A stretch of DNA of 64,000 nucleotides from the human T2T-CHM13v2.0 reference genome, Homo sapiens, in the NCBI RefSeq assembly GCF_009914755.1, contig NC_060927.1; one strand, written 5' to 3'. Shown in pieces: positions 13,361 through 27,127 of this stretch; position 1 is the first letter of the stretch; each line of letters begins with the position of its first letter. The notes beneath the pieces were generated by a model, which searched no databases, had not been told where the DNA came from, and was given only the letters and a program-made list of their open reading frames with translations. The translations under genes and the position numbers were made by a program.

Positions 13361-13496
13361 TTATACATTTAATAACTTGTGTCTCTAGTATAGTACCATG
13401 ATCTAGCAGTGTCGTCAGGAGAGAAGAATTATACATTTAATAACTCGCGTCTCTAGTATAGTACCACGATCTAGCAGTGCCATTAGGAGAGAAGAA
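13361..13496. repeat. 68-bp tandem duplication (2 copies)
   Basis: ttatacatttaataact...ggagagaagaa starts at 13361 and 13429. Confidence 0.95.
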
Positions 13497-13727
13497 TGAC
13501 CCAAAGATGAGTTAAATTATGCATTATGCACTCCAGTCTGACATGAGCATGGGATGCTAACACGAGCAGCCGCCTGGTGCTATGGAACGCCAGGGCAGTT
13601 GGGTTCAGGTCTGAGATCTGCCACTTGTTTTCAGATTCAGCAGAGCTATGCTGGGGGTTGAGTGTGAGTCATTGAAAAGTCTCTTCACATGTTTCTAATG
13701 TGAACTTCTGGTTAAGAAATTCATCTT

Positions 13728-14037
<310 letters not shown>

Positions 14038-14399
14038 TCAATAAACGGAAACAGCTGTGGTGGAGAGCCTGCTGGGATGGGAGATGAGAGACCTGAGGTC
14101 TCTATGAGGTGGTTCACTAGCTGTGTGACCTTGAGAAAGGCATTTCACCCTCTGGGACTTATTTTTATCATTTTTCAAACAAGGGAGTTGAACCACATCC
14201 ATATTTCTCGCCAAGACCACCTTGGATGTTTGTCAAAATGCCTATCTGTGCCCTGATCAAATTGGAATCTATCAGGGTAGGAGCCCAAAGATCTACATTT
14301 TTAAAATACATTCTAAGTTTTTGCTACAATAAGGCCAGCAAAGATGTAGAAATTATTTCTAGGCACCAAACTCTATGATAAGCTTTCTTTGTTTTCATA

Positions 14400-14560
14400 C
14401 CTGTCTTGTATTATTATACCCATTTGACAGATGAAGAAACTGAGGCTCACACTGATCAAACAAATTCCTCAAGGTCTTGGGCATAGTAAGTTTGGGAAGC
14501 CAGTTCTAACCCTGGGCTACAGAGCCACAGAGCCACAGCGCCACAGCCCCTAACCATGAC
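14400..14560 (-). mobile_element. MIR
   Basis: cccattttgacagatgaagaaactgaggctc. Confidence 0.7.
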
Positions 14561-17500
14561 TCACGGTATAGTCTGCCTCCCTTCTGAATACTGACTTTTG
14601 AGTGTATCTGAACTTGAATGGTTTCTAAGCCTCCTGACACTTTGAACGTTTTGACTAATTAAAAATTTTTCAAACTATTTGCCTTTACCTGTAAGCAGTG
14701 ATGGCTTTGTGAAAAGGCAGTGTTTTTTGGTGGGGTGGGAATAGGAAGATTCACTGAAATAAATGTGAGAAGAACACAGCTTCCAAAGATGAGCCGCTTT
14801 CCTCATTAAGCCTATTTTTCCAGGTTATCATGGCTAATTCATTGCCATATTTCATTATAGAAACTAACTGAAAGTTTATAAGTAAGTACTTTTCCGTCAG
14901 AGGTTGCAGTTAATTTCAACTTCAATAATCATTAATGTTTCTGTTTTTATGCTGACTGATTCGGAAATCCTAAGAAGTCACATGGAAGCTGGTTTGCAGT
15001 TTTTAATCCTCTTTTCTTCTCTCCTAGATAGTCTATTTCCGACAGCCATATTGGAGAGCCTGGGAGAGGCATTTGTTTTGATTTTCTTCATTAATGTTTG
15101 ATCTGTTCAGGATAAATCACAGAGAATGCGTACCAGGCTGAACATTTGCAAGGAAAATCCGCAAAATAAAGTCAAATTCAGAAATAATTTGGTTACACCA
15201 ATTCATCATGTCTAGCATTACTGACAATATTTAGACAATGTAATTCCGATTACACCTGCTTTTAGGGAAAAAAATCAGTTACCCTAAATTAAATTAACAT
15301 TTTTAGTGTATATAATTTGTAGTTCAGAATGAGCTATAATTATCATTTAGGAGAAACCATGTGGAATGCATTACCAGCCTTCTAAGTCTTGGGTTTTAAC
15401 CATGATCCATGACTCAAAATGCTTTATCCAAACAGGTTGTAAATTCTGAGACAAGCAAGATGCATTTCAGTCATTTCTACTTTAATTCCAAATGAAGAAT
15501 TCATTGTCTTTTCAAATTATAATAAATTGAAGAGCAATTTCCCACTAAACAAATCAAGGAAATTGAAAAATTACTTCTCTGGGAGCTGTTTTCTGCATCC
15601 TTTTAAAAAAAAAAACAAAACCATGGTTTTATTATTCTTGATGTGTATACTAATAGACATCTGCATTGCCAAAACAATTTTCTTCCCCTTCTTTAAAGTA
15701 GAAGGTGAACTCTGAAAAATGTTAAATGTTCAATGTAATTTCATTCCAGGGGGAGTCTGGAGCCTGCAATGAGAGCTCACATTTAAGAACCTCAATTAAT
15801 ATTTAGAACATTAGCTCCCAAAGCCTTTCTCTCTCAATGATGCACTTCCTGGGGAACCACAGAACTATGAGTCATGAAGCTAAGGATTCATGTAAGCCAT
15901 ACCTGTGAGCACTCAGATGTCCTCAAAATTGTTGGGATTGTTAAATTAATCTGAGATTTAGATGCACATAACAATCTCGTAGAAAAGAGAGGAAATGGTA
16001 ATGCACGAAGGACCAAAATGGGGAGCTGAAACCAAAGCCAGGGAATGACTTTTTAAAGTCAGGTGTGCTCTGTCTTTTGAATATCTATTTCTCCCGCCCT
16101 TGTTTTTCTCCTTTAGGTAGAGACATGGGGAAGAGTCTTTGATGAACAGAGAACAGGGGTATATCTGTATACTGCCATTTCTTATTCAACCACACCAGCA
16201 AAACACTTTGACTTACTCTAAAGAGTGACTTGGTCTCTGGTTAGGTGATCTGGACCCCAGATTGTACGCGCAAGGCTTATTTTTGTGGCTATTGGCACTG
16301 TGGAAATTTCTGACTTCATTTCACAATGCTGGGCTCTGGCAAATGAGTTAGGAGCTTTCTGTCCTGTGGGTTGCAGCTTCTCCGAAGAGACTGGTTGGCA
16401 GGCACTAAGACCAAAGCACCCTCAGTTTGAAGAAGAGTTTGTTCATCTAGGAGGAGCATGTTGAATTTTAAAGGGCTTTTCTGAGGGTACCACAGAGTTT
16501 CTTGGAAGGGCACCCTGTTGGCAGGATTTTGGTTGGGGTGGTCACTGGACATTGGAATATTTTAACTTCATGGTTCCCAAGTTGTGACAAATCAATGGAC
16601 AGATGTAGGACATCAAACTATCAGTTGAGTGACTATTGTCTCTCACGGAATTGTCCTATTTCTGGAGCATGAAGGCAGTTTAATTTCACTTCGTTTTTAT
16701 ACTCTAAAGTTGGATTAAAAAGACAGAAAACCAGGAAGAGTAGTTTTATGTGGGAAATCAGTAACTGTCACCATGTGAAAAACTTTCCTCATTGTTTCAT
16801 TATTCCAATCAGTATTCCTAATTTGTGTCAATACAAATACAAACACAGATTTCTTAGATTTAGTGGTGAAAGTCAACTTATATACCAAAGAACTAAGTCC
16901 AAAACCAAGTCATAGATGGACTTGGAGATCAGCTACAGAATAATGATGGTTCCAAAGCTCTGTTTCAGATGGGAACCAAAGAGCCAAGCATAAATATGGC
17001 TTGACAGTAGCAGACTCTTCCCAGAGGGACTCTAGGAAGTGTGGATAAAGATCATGAGAAAGGTTATTATAGATCTTTACTAAGGATGGAAAAGAGGACA
17101 TCTTTTTTTTCTAAAATTTTACTTTTCTGGGTGATATTTTAACCATAAATTCTTTTTTCCTAAAGAAAAAAATATTTCTAAGTCCATAGTAATAAAAATC
17201 TATATATTTGGGAGTAAATTGAGGGTTAGGCCTGGGAATAAAGATTTTTCTTTTGCCACCGCCTGACATCCTTCCCTCTCCCCTTCCACGTACTAACCAG
17301 TTAAACATTGTAGAAATATATAAACACTGGGAAAATGCTGACTATTTCTCTTTTGGTGATTCTCAGAGCAGTGATCCACAAGGTTGTGAAGAAAACTCCA
17401 GAGATTCATCTCATTTGTTCTTTGTCTATTTATAAAGTGCTTAGGTCAAGGCCTGCTGCATAGCAAGTGTTAGAAATAAATTTGTTATTATTATAATAAT

Positions 17501-17654
17501 TATTCTGAGAAATAAATAAGATGATGTTTGTAAATATTTCAGCAGAATGCTTGTCACATAATACATGCTCCACAAGTGGTAGTGAATATAGACAAAAATT
17601 AGGTTATATAATAAAACATCTAATTATATATTGTTGTTATTGTCTTTGCTTGAT

Positions 17655-17945
17655 AAACTCCTAGTCATCCCCTAAAATCCCAACTTGAGTTAACCTTCAA
17701 AAAGAAGCCTTCCCTACCACTCCTAAATATAATTATTCTATCTTCTGTAGCACTTTGGCACTTAGATATCATATGTACACGTTTTATTGTATTATGATGA
17801 GTTGTTCACTGTTACGGCCCTTTTGATGGGTCACAAACTCTCTGAAGGCAAAGATCATGGTCTCTTCAGCATCAGACTTCCTACATCCCATGGTGCAGTG
17901 TCTGGCCATGTGGTAGGTGCTCAATAGACATTTGTTAAATTGTGC
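17655..17945 (+). mobile_element. L2 3' fragment
   Basis: Ends cagtgtctggccatgtggtaggtgctcaatagacatttgttaaat. Confidence 0.65.
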
Positions 17946-18149
17946 AAAAACGCTAGGCTTAGAGACAAAGGGAATGCTCCCATTTTTATGCCCAAATGAA
18001 GATGGGAATGTAGAGAATGTTATTCTTTGAAAAAAGAAATCTCAGGGGCTTACTTGAAAACAGGCTTGAGTGCTTACAAAAATGAGTGCCAAAAGCAATG
18101 TATAAGCAACTCAGGCCTAATGCAGCCCCAATGCGAGAAAACATCCCAG

Positions 18150-18520
18150 CCTCTTTCTTTGACTCAGCAGCTGCACAACAGATGGGAACGACCGTGGCTC
18201 AGTCACGCTGCCATGGGACTAGGGAAAAGGGACCAGGCTGCAAAAGGAAGAGAACATTTTCTCCCATTTGTTCATTTGAAAATACAATGTCCTTTAAAGT
18301 TCACCAGCACTATACCAACATAACTTGACGTGAGTTTTGGTGCTCACGGGGAAAAGGGGGTCTAAAATGAAATCCATGTAACCCTCATGGCCCTCATGAG
18401 GATGAGATGTGAGCCATCTTGTCTAAAGATGTCCTTTCTTCTTCCCCAAGGTCTTGCATTTTTTTCAACCCACAGAGTGACGTGATTGGGACAAATGTAG
18501 CCAGAGTGGCGGGAAGGATC
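18150..18520. promoter_or_regulatory. Candidate enhancer/promoter (2 ARE, 2 TGACGTGA, reverse CCAAT, E2F-like)
   Basis: TGACTCAGCA 18160; GTGACTGAGC on minus 18197-18206; TGACGTGA 18326 and 18478; ATTGG 18485; TGGCGGGAA about 18507; motifs only. Confidence 0.4.
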
Positions 18521-19876
18521 TGAGCAGAGAGCTTTGGTCCAGAAAATGTCTGTTTATGGGGCTGAGTTTGCAAAAAGTGCAATACTTTGGCCCAAAGCCA
18601 CTGCCACACAAGCAAAATTCCAAGCGTCTGTGTATCCTCCACCACCCCTTCCCACCCCCCGACTGGGAGAATGGTCTCCACCTCTCCTGCCTGGCTGCAA
18701 GAGAATTCTCCCAGTTAGCTGGCTTACCCACTTCATCCTGGGCCCTATCCCTGTTCCCCCAAACAAAAAGCAGCTTTTCTTCTTTCTCTGATAATAAACT
18801 CATTGATGTATCCATTTAACATCAACCAGGACGGGTACCAGGCATGGCGTGAAGTGAGGTGACAAAGTTGCAGAAGTGATTGTCCTCAAAGAGCTCCCAG
18901 TTTTGCTGGGGACAGGGACTGTAGACATGCAATTATAACACAATTTTGATAAGTCCTCAAAGAAAAATATGTTCAAATAATTATCAACAAGGGTACCAGA
19001 AAGGTAGTTATGTTTAACTTTCCTGGGAAATTGGTAAGATGAGGGTCTTTTGCCTTTCAAGTTAGAAAGATAAGGAGCTAGCACCACCTATGGATTCTAG
19101 AAAAGGAACTTGGTATCAGAGTAGAGGCCATTTCTTTATAAACTGTTCAAAGAGTTCTCAATTATACGATAGATCTTGGGGAAATAGCTTGTTTGCACTG
19201 AGCTGTCCCTTATAAAAAGGGGTGAGTGGTTTGCAGAATTTTAATGCTTTTTGTCTAGAACTATCACAGTCTTAATTGCCTCCAGGTATTAAATCCTTGC
19301 ACACATGGTTCCAATCCATAAATTTTTTTGCCATTATGATAAACATGTGCCTGAGCCTCCCATTCCTGGCATAGCTCAGCAGAAAGCACTTCTAAGCTTG
19401 ATATTACATTTCCATGCATTCTGAACGGCCACTTGTTCTAACTCTGTGAAGGTACTTCAGGCCCTGTAAAAGATCTATATCCCTTGAGAAACAAGTGGCC
19501 AGGGCAGAGCAGATTCAAGGCAATTGATAGGAAGAATGAGTTGTTTTGCCCTCCAAGCACAAACCCTGCTGGCATAACACACAGGGAGGGAGGGGAATAG
19601 AAGCTGGTCCATGAACAGAAGAGTTTGAGGACCTAGCTTAACCTCTGGGGCAGGTGCCAACTATAATAGGTTTGTGGAAATTGTAGATTCTTGGGCCCAC
19701 CCAAGACATTCCAGATGCACACAGCTCTGTGTCTTTCAGAGTCTTTAGACTGAGTCTTCTAAGACAGATATATCTGTGGTCAGTAAGAATCATTTTTTAC
19801 TGAAACATGCTGATGTACTGTGATGTTGCCATGTCTTCATTTTGTTTTTCTGTCTTATCAAAAAACCCTTTCTCTT

Positions 19877-20168
19877 GGCTGGGCATGATGGCTCACACCT
19901 GTAAACCCAGCACTTTGGGAGGTTGAGGCTGGAAGATCACTTGAAGTCAGGAGTTCAAGACCAGCCTGGCCAACATGGTGAAACCCTGTCTCTGTTAAAA
20001 ATACAAAAATTAGCCAGGCATGGTGGCACGCACCTATAATCACAGCTACTGGGGAGGCTGAGGCGGAAGAATCACTTGAACCCGGGAGATGGCAGTTGCA
20101 GTGATAGATCATGCCACTGCACTCAAGCCTGGGTGACAGGGTGAGACGCTGCTTCGGGAAAAAAAAAA
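19877..20168 (+). mobile_element. AluS
   Basis: Full dimer with A tail. Confidence 0.93.
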
Positions 20169-20386
20169 GTTTTGTCTTTACTGGGGATGTAGAGTGGTAG
20201 GCAGAAAGGGGTAGGATATTGGAAAAGAGAGAATGAAGTGGGACAAGAAAGAGAGGCAGAGGGAAAGAGGGAGGGAGGGAGACAGAGAGGAAGATAAAGT
20301 CATGAGAGGGGACAAAAATTCCACACTGCCACAAATGTATTACATGAGGAAATTTACCAGCAGCAGATATATCTCAGGAGGTTTTA

Positions 20387-20632
<246 letters not shown>

Positions 20633-20723
20633 CTTTACTCTTTAAAAGTAAAAACTAAAAGTGAAGATGACAAAATTCTGACAACTAAACATTAATACAA
20701 CTTATAGGTAAAATAAAATTTCA

Positions 20724-20830
20724 CAGGGTTGGCAAACTTTCTCTGTACAAGACCAAATATCCACAGACAATATATAAATGAATGAGCATGGATGGATTTG
20801 GCCGTCTTGGCAGTAGTTTGCGAACCCATG
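20724..20830. mobile_element. Internally deleted MER58A-like element
   Basis: Both terminal inverted repeats (TIRs): cagggttggcaaact ... agtttgcgaacccatg. Confidence 0.65.
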
Positions 20831-21068
20831 CTAAAAGATAGGTTAACAGCTGCAATCTCACTAGTGCAATGCATCTTTTGATCCAAAGGAGGAAGGTGTC
20901 TTGGGATACATTTCCCATCACTTTTCTGCTCTTTGTAGGCCACAATTTTGTGTTAAGTCAGAAAATATCATGTTTTCTCTTTGGGATAGAAACTCTGGGG
21001 CATGAATCTTTCACCCAACTTCCCACTAGTTCCATAAATTTGGATCTCTTTTGTCTTTAAAAAAGAGG

Positions 21069-21283
21069 TAAGTAGTATTCCGTGGTGTACGTATAACACA
21101 TAAGGGACTTAGGGACTTGTGGGGAAGGATGGGAAGGGGAGTGAGGGATAAAAGCCTACACATTGGGTACTGTGTACACTCGGGTGACAGGTGCACCAAA
21201 AATCTCAGAAATTACCACCTAAAGAACTCATCCATGTAACCAAAAACCACCTGTTTCCCCAAAACAATTGAAATTAACAAAAG
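21069..21283 (+). mobile_element. L1PB 3' end with short inverted 5' segment
   Basis: gagggataaaagcctacacattgggtactgtgtacac...aaagaactcatccatgtaacc is L1PB 3'UTR; 21069-21101 is antisense L1. Confidence 0.85.
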
Positions 21284-21992
21284 GGAGACAGCTTTATGCC
21301 TCAAGAAAAAAAAAAAAAAGACCAGATTTTACACCACTTCCTAGAAGCCCAGAGCAAGACACTGTGGCCATGTTGATGGTTCTTTTCCAGAAACACAGCT
21401 AAGAACTTGGGGCACATTAGATATAATGGGTTCAGAAGATGGACGGTCTAGTTTCTGTCTCTGCAAGAATAACTTATACTGTGGCTTTTCATCAACTAAT
21501 TAAAACTGTTAACCTTCAAAGTACATTGGTTCATACATTTCTGTTCATGTACATCTTGGAGCTCATTGAAATCCTGGGTCAGGCACCAAGTTACAGAACC
21601 AAGTTTGCAAATGAATAAAATAAAGGGTGGGAAAGTTAAGAGAATTTCCCTTTAGGGAATTCCAGAAAAATAATGTCCCAAGTATATTCCAAACCATTCA
21701 GCACCGTGTCTTTGGTCTTTGCTTTTCCCTTAGCAGAGATGTTAAAATAGAATGACTTAGATGTCAGATAGGTTAAGTTACAATCACCACTTTGCAAAGA
21801 TAATTCCCAAAGAGCTAAAATGTTTCTAAGCTCCAGCCACTGGTCTATTTATTTAAAAAGATGTTAGATAAAGCAAAATTCCTGCTCAAGGAAAGAACCC
21901 AATGAGGCCCTCAGAGGTCATTTCAATAGGATTTTTGGGCCCTGACAAGTTTAAAGGGTCCCAGTGTATCTAGAGACATTTCAGAGAAGGAT

Positions 21993-22002
21993 ATGTGTGT
22001 GT

Positions 22003-22042
<40 letters not shown>
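21993..22042. repeat. (TG)n microsatellite
   Basis: Seen directly. Confidence 0.97.
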
Positions 22043-22047
<5 letters not shown>

Positions 22048-22682
22048 CACAGCAATGACTCACTGGGAGAACAGTGGGACAACAGCAGCCCAAAACCTGA
22101 CAGTTACCATAGCAAGGAAGGGGACTTTGACAAACGGAACCCTTTCATGATAATCTCAACAATGTAATCTGTAAATGTGTTTGAAACTCCACCTTAGGGG
22201 CTGGCTGCCAAGTTTAGGGGCTGGCCAGAGGACGTGTGGGTCCAGAACTTTGTAGAACACTCACTTCTATTTTTCCATGACTTTTCTCTCTAAAGATGAG
22301 CTGAGAAATTTCTTGTCTAAGCTACATTTTGTAAAATCTTACAAAAACTTCAGAAACAGCAACAAGTGTTGAGACATAAACCTATATTATTGGAAAATGT
22401 TGGAATAGTGTACAAATTCTTTTACCAGCCCAAAACCCTTTGCCCCATCAGCTGTTGAAATTTCTTTTCCCTGTTTTTAGAGCTCTGTTCTTTTTCTTCC
22501 AAATAAACTTTATGCACACAGAGAAGCGCACAGAATGTATTTTACTCAATAAAATTTTAACTAAGTGAAAACACAAATTAGCTAGCACCAAGATATAAAT
22601 GTATTACTAGTACTCTGGAAATTCCCCTTGGGCTCCTTCTCTGGCACTATCCACTCTTCTGACACCATAGGTTATTTTGTAT

Positions 22683-23216
<534 letters not shown>

Positions 23217-24057
23217 CCATGCAATGTGTTTTATTTTGTGTTTGTCTCCGTTTGCTCACCATGATATCTGTGAAATTCATCCACATTGTTGTATGAATCA
23301 GTACATTTATTCTCATTGCTGCAAGGTATTTCCCCAATAAAAGCTGGGATTTTTTTTTTTTCAGAATTTTACTTGAAGATATTTATCAAATCATATTTAG
23401 TCTTTTTCAAAATTTCAAATCTTAATTCTATGCTTTTGCTTTAGGTTTCCCTTAAAAATTGAAGTGCTGGTTTGTTATGACAAAAATTAATACATTATTT
23501 GCTTGCTCATTTGGCTGAGTGACTGGTTAACCTATTCCTTTGCTTTTTCATTCATTCAATAGCCAATAACCATCCAGTTTCCTGCCAGGATCTTGGAGGT
23601 GCTGGAGGATTCTGGCATTTTCTTTGGGTGCTTACAGAAGTACACTCAGCTTCTAGCATGCAGCAGGATGGTCACTCCTGGGAGCAGAATCAGGCTGGGT
23701 TGGGGGGCAGCAAGTTCATGAAAGGGGTGCCACCTTTGGTTACCATCTCCACCTGTTGCCTGGATTTGTTTTCACACTGTTTTCCCCAAATTTCATCATC
23801 GTCTAACAAACCATCTTAAAATTATTGAAAAGACAGCACTTTTGGAGTATGTGCTTAATTGGAAGCAGCTACCTCCCACAATACAACTCCTATGCCCTCC
23901 CCCATGCTTCTGAGTCCACACAAAGGATTTTGCCTGATAGGCAAAGTCCATTTGGTCCTTCAGTCACTAAATGGCTAGAGGGGATTCCAAGTTAGCCTGT
24001 CCTCACTCAATTTTATGTCAGTTTCTAAGCAAATTGCATCACCATGATGTCCTAGAC

Positions 24058-24293
24058 TAGGGTTTTTCAACATTGGCACTGTTGACATTTTGGGCCACTG
24101 AATTCTCTGTTGTTGGGGGCTGTTCTGTGCAGTGTAAGATGCTTTGTGGCATTCCTGCCCTCTACCTACTAAGTGCTGGTAGTACCACCCCCTCTCCCCA
24201 GTTGGGACAACCAAAAATCTTTTACACTGCCAAATTTCCTCTGCAAGGGGAGGGGTTGTGTGTGCAAACATCATCTTCTGTTGAGAACTACTA
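24058..24293 (-). mobile_element. MER20
   Basis: agggtttttcaacattggcactgttgacattttgggcc...gttgagaactact. Confidence 0.88.
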
Positions 24294-24789
24294 GTGTGTA
24301 GGACATATTTCTTTACCAGGAAAACATTTCTAGTATAATATTTAATAAATAGCCCAGCTTAATTAAATCACTGGGCCTTGAATGCAAGCAGAGAGAGAGT
24401 ATCTTTGGTATTCATTCTATTTAAGACACAAAGCAGATTTAAGAACTGGAATAAACATGCCAATCAATGAAATGACCATGTGAAGGTCAGATTCAAAACA
24501 GCTATGGCCTGGCTTCTTGGTTCTGTTTTCACACAGGCCTTCAGAATGTTTAAAGGTTTGCTTTCAAAGATAAACCTTTCAATTCATAGCCTCTGTTTTG
24601 GCTTGGACACAGGTTGAGTCTGGGATGGCTGGAAGACTGATATCTGAGGGCATTTCCCTTTTGCTTAACATTTGGTAGATAATGTTTTATTATGCTTGAA
24701 TATTCCATCCCAGGATCATGGTTCTCAAGGTTGAGGTTATGCAGCCTCATAACATTGGAGGACATTCTGCTCTTGAGATAGGGAAGGAA

Positions 24790-24990
24790 ACGGTTAGGAT
24801 TTGCTGAACACTGACTATCTTACTGGCACTGAGCTAATCACTTTACATGCTTATCTTATTTAATCCTTACAACAATCTAATAGGGGTAAATATTATAACT
24901 TGCATCTTGCTAATGAGAGAACTGAGGTTAAACAATTTGTCTAAGACAAAATACTTATTATGTAGTGGAGCTGGGGTTTGAACCCAAGGG
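24790..24990 (-). mobile_element. MIR
   Basis: ctttacatgcttatcttatttaatccttacaacaatc...gagaactgaggttaa. Confidence 0.75.
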
Positions 24991-25009
24991 TGGTGGAACA
25001 GAGGGCTAT

Positions 25010-26050
25010 AGATTCTTTGCCTCCCTTTGAGAGCTGGGACAGGTTTCCCCGACCTTGAATCTTGGCTGGCTCTGTGACTAGTTTTGATCAAGAGAATGAG
25101 GCAGGTCTTAAGAGATCTACAGTCCCCACTTTTTCTTCTTTAGCAATGCTCCCTCACACTCGAGGGAGCTTAATGCCATGTGAGATGCTGGATTATCCTG
25201 AAGCTTCTATATTGGGAGTGATAATAGGAGTTAAGAAGAAATTACTTAGGCAGATAGTGAGGGTACTGGAGTCCTCCGTAACAAAGAGCAGCCTGTGAAA
25301 TCAAGCTGCAGATGAAGATGCTGGCAGTTATGCCAATCATGTTCAAAATGGCAGCTCCATCGTCCCTTCTCTCTCTGCCAGCCACATGTACAGCAAAAAG
25401 CAAACAAGATGGCCCTGGTCAAAGCGGAAAGTCCATTTGCATAATAAGATCAGGGTGGGGTGGCCAGCCTTCCCCACGTGCTATGTAAATGTCACATGTG
25501 GTAGAACCAATCTGTGGGCCCTACGTAAATCAGACACTGCCTCCTCAAGCCTGCCTGTAAAATCCAGGGCATCCGTCGCAGGCCAGCCTTTTCCTCTTGG
25601 AAACCCCTCTCTCTCACTAGAGAGAGAGCTGTTTTCCTTTCTTTTTCTTTCTCTTTCTATTGTCTATAAGCCCCCACTCCTAAACTCCTCGTGTGTGTCC
25701 ATGTCCTAAATTTTCTTGGCACAAGATCATGAGTCCTGGGTATTTACCCCAGACAACGAAGCCTCTTTAGGAGGAAGCCTAAGCTAGCCATGTGGAGAGA
25801 GAGAGGCCATGTTGAGCGGCAGGCATGTGCCAGGAATGTGAATGAAGCTTTCATGGACCTCCAGCCCAACCTGGTCTCTAGCTGAATGAGGCTGGATGAC
25901 TCTAGTTGATTCCATGTGGGGCAATAGCATCATCCCACCAAGCCCTGCACCCTTTCCTCACCCATAGAATCGTGAGGAAAAAAAATGGAGGCTGTTTAAA
26001 GCCGCTGAGTTCTGGGGTGGTTTGTTACAGAGCAGTAGAGGAGTAAAACA
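25010..26050 (+). mobile_element. MLT1G/H-like LTR split by LTR9 insertion
   Basis: gccatgtgag...gaggaagcctaagctagccatgtggagaga...ggggtggtttgttacagagcagtagaggagtaaaaca. Confidence 0.7.
25219..25769 (+). mobile_element. LTR9-family solo LTR (ERV1)
   Basis: Starts tgataataggagttaagaagaaattacttaggcagatagtgagggta; ends tatttaccccagacaacgaagcctcttta; 4-bp TSD GGAG. Confidence 0.85.
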
Positions 26051-26449
26051 CTAGGCCTGCTTGACTCCAACATACCTGGTAGGTTATAGGAAGACTAGAG
26101 GGCAAAGGTCAGTAAAACTGACTTTGTTCTATTGCCATCTACCTATGAGGGGAACAGGCCACACTGTCTTTCTCCAGGCACTCAAGTTCTATGGTGAGGT
26201 TAGATTACATTGTGTTCACAGCTCTAAGAGTCTACTGTTCTAAATGTGTGCACATCTAGATCTACAGACTACCAAGCATTGTCAGTGTGTTGGGTCAATT
26301 TCTCTGTTCCACCAAACTGTAGTTCGGGGAGCCTAGCAAAGCCTGCACTTTTGACAACTTTCTTTAAAGCTTATCTCTCTGGTGGATATCTTCAGAATCC
26401 AGAGATCCCACTAATAATTGAACACTGTGGAATCTCTAGACAATTAAAG

Positions 26450-26707
26450 CAATATTTCCCAAACTAGGAAAAATATGTTATTTAACACACTTAAATAATT
26501 AATAGTTATTATTTATTTTTACAATACCTTCTAGTTATAGCAAGTGATGGTGGCTTTTCATTTATGTCACTGATAGAAGTTTTAAGGCAACTTTAAGTTA
26601 AAACAGTGAATTGACTTAAAAAATAGTAAATAATAGTAGCTGTGGCATGAAAACATGGCTAAAATAGTGAAGGTAATAGATAAATGACTGAAGTTTGGGA
26701 AATACTC
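26450..26707. mobile_element. hAT-Charlie MITE (MER112-like)
   Basis: Inverted ends caatatttcccaaact / agtttgggaaatact. Confidence 0.5.
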
Positions 26708-26958
26708 GAGACATAGGAAGATAAAATGCCACTGTAGACCGTCTTTCTGTTTCTCCCTTTTTGGCCGGGTTATTCACACCTAGGGCTGGCATATTTTGCT
26801 GATCATGCAAAAGGAAGGCTCTGGCTGCGCAAATCAATACTCGCCATGGCAGAAATACATGCATCACTACATTTAGCTCAACAAAATTCAGAGGAAGAAG
26901 AAGTAGCATACGAAGACCAAAGAGAGAGACAGAGAGAGATTATGGAATATTAGAAATT

Positions 26959-27127
26959 GGCCTGTTGTGGGGTGGGGGGAGGGGGGAGGGATAGCATTAG
27001 GAGATATACCTAATGTTAAATGATGAGTTAATGGGTGCAGCACACCAACATGGCACATGTATACATATGTAACTAACCTGCACGTTGTGCACATGTACCC
27101 TAAAACTTAAAGTATAATAAAAAAAAA
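26959..27127 (+). mobile_element. 5'-truncated L1PA3/PA4-like 3'UTR
   Basis: G-rich tract, gatagcattaggagatatacctaatg...cctaaaacttaaagtataataaaaa. Confidence 0.95.

Noticed and set aside
13566-13583. CTCF-like motif (minus strand gcaccaggcggctgc)
   Set aside because: About three mismatches at informative positions; not supportable from sequence alone.
18027-19087. Cluster of overlapping ORFs on both strands
   Set aside because: No recognisable protein similarity or exon structure; explained by locally higher GC.
26968-26990. G-quadruplex-forming tract
   Set aside because: Standard L1 3'UTR G-rich tract, not locus-specific.
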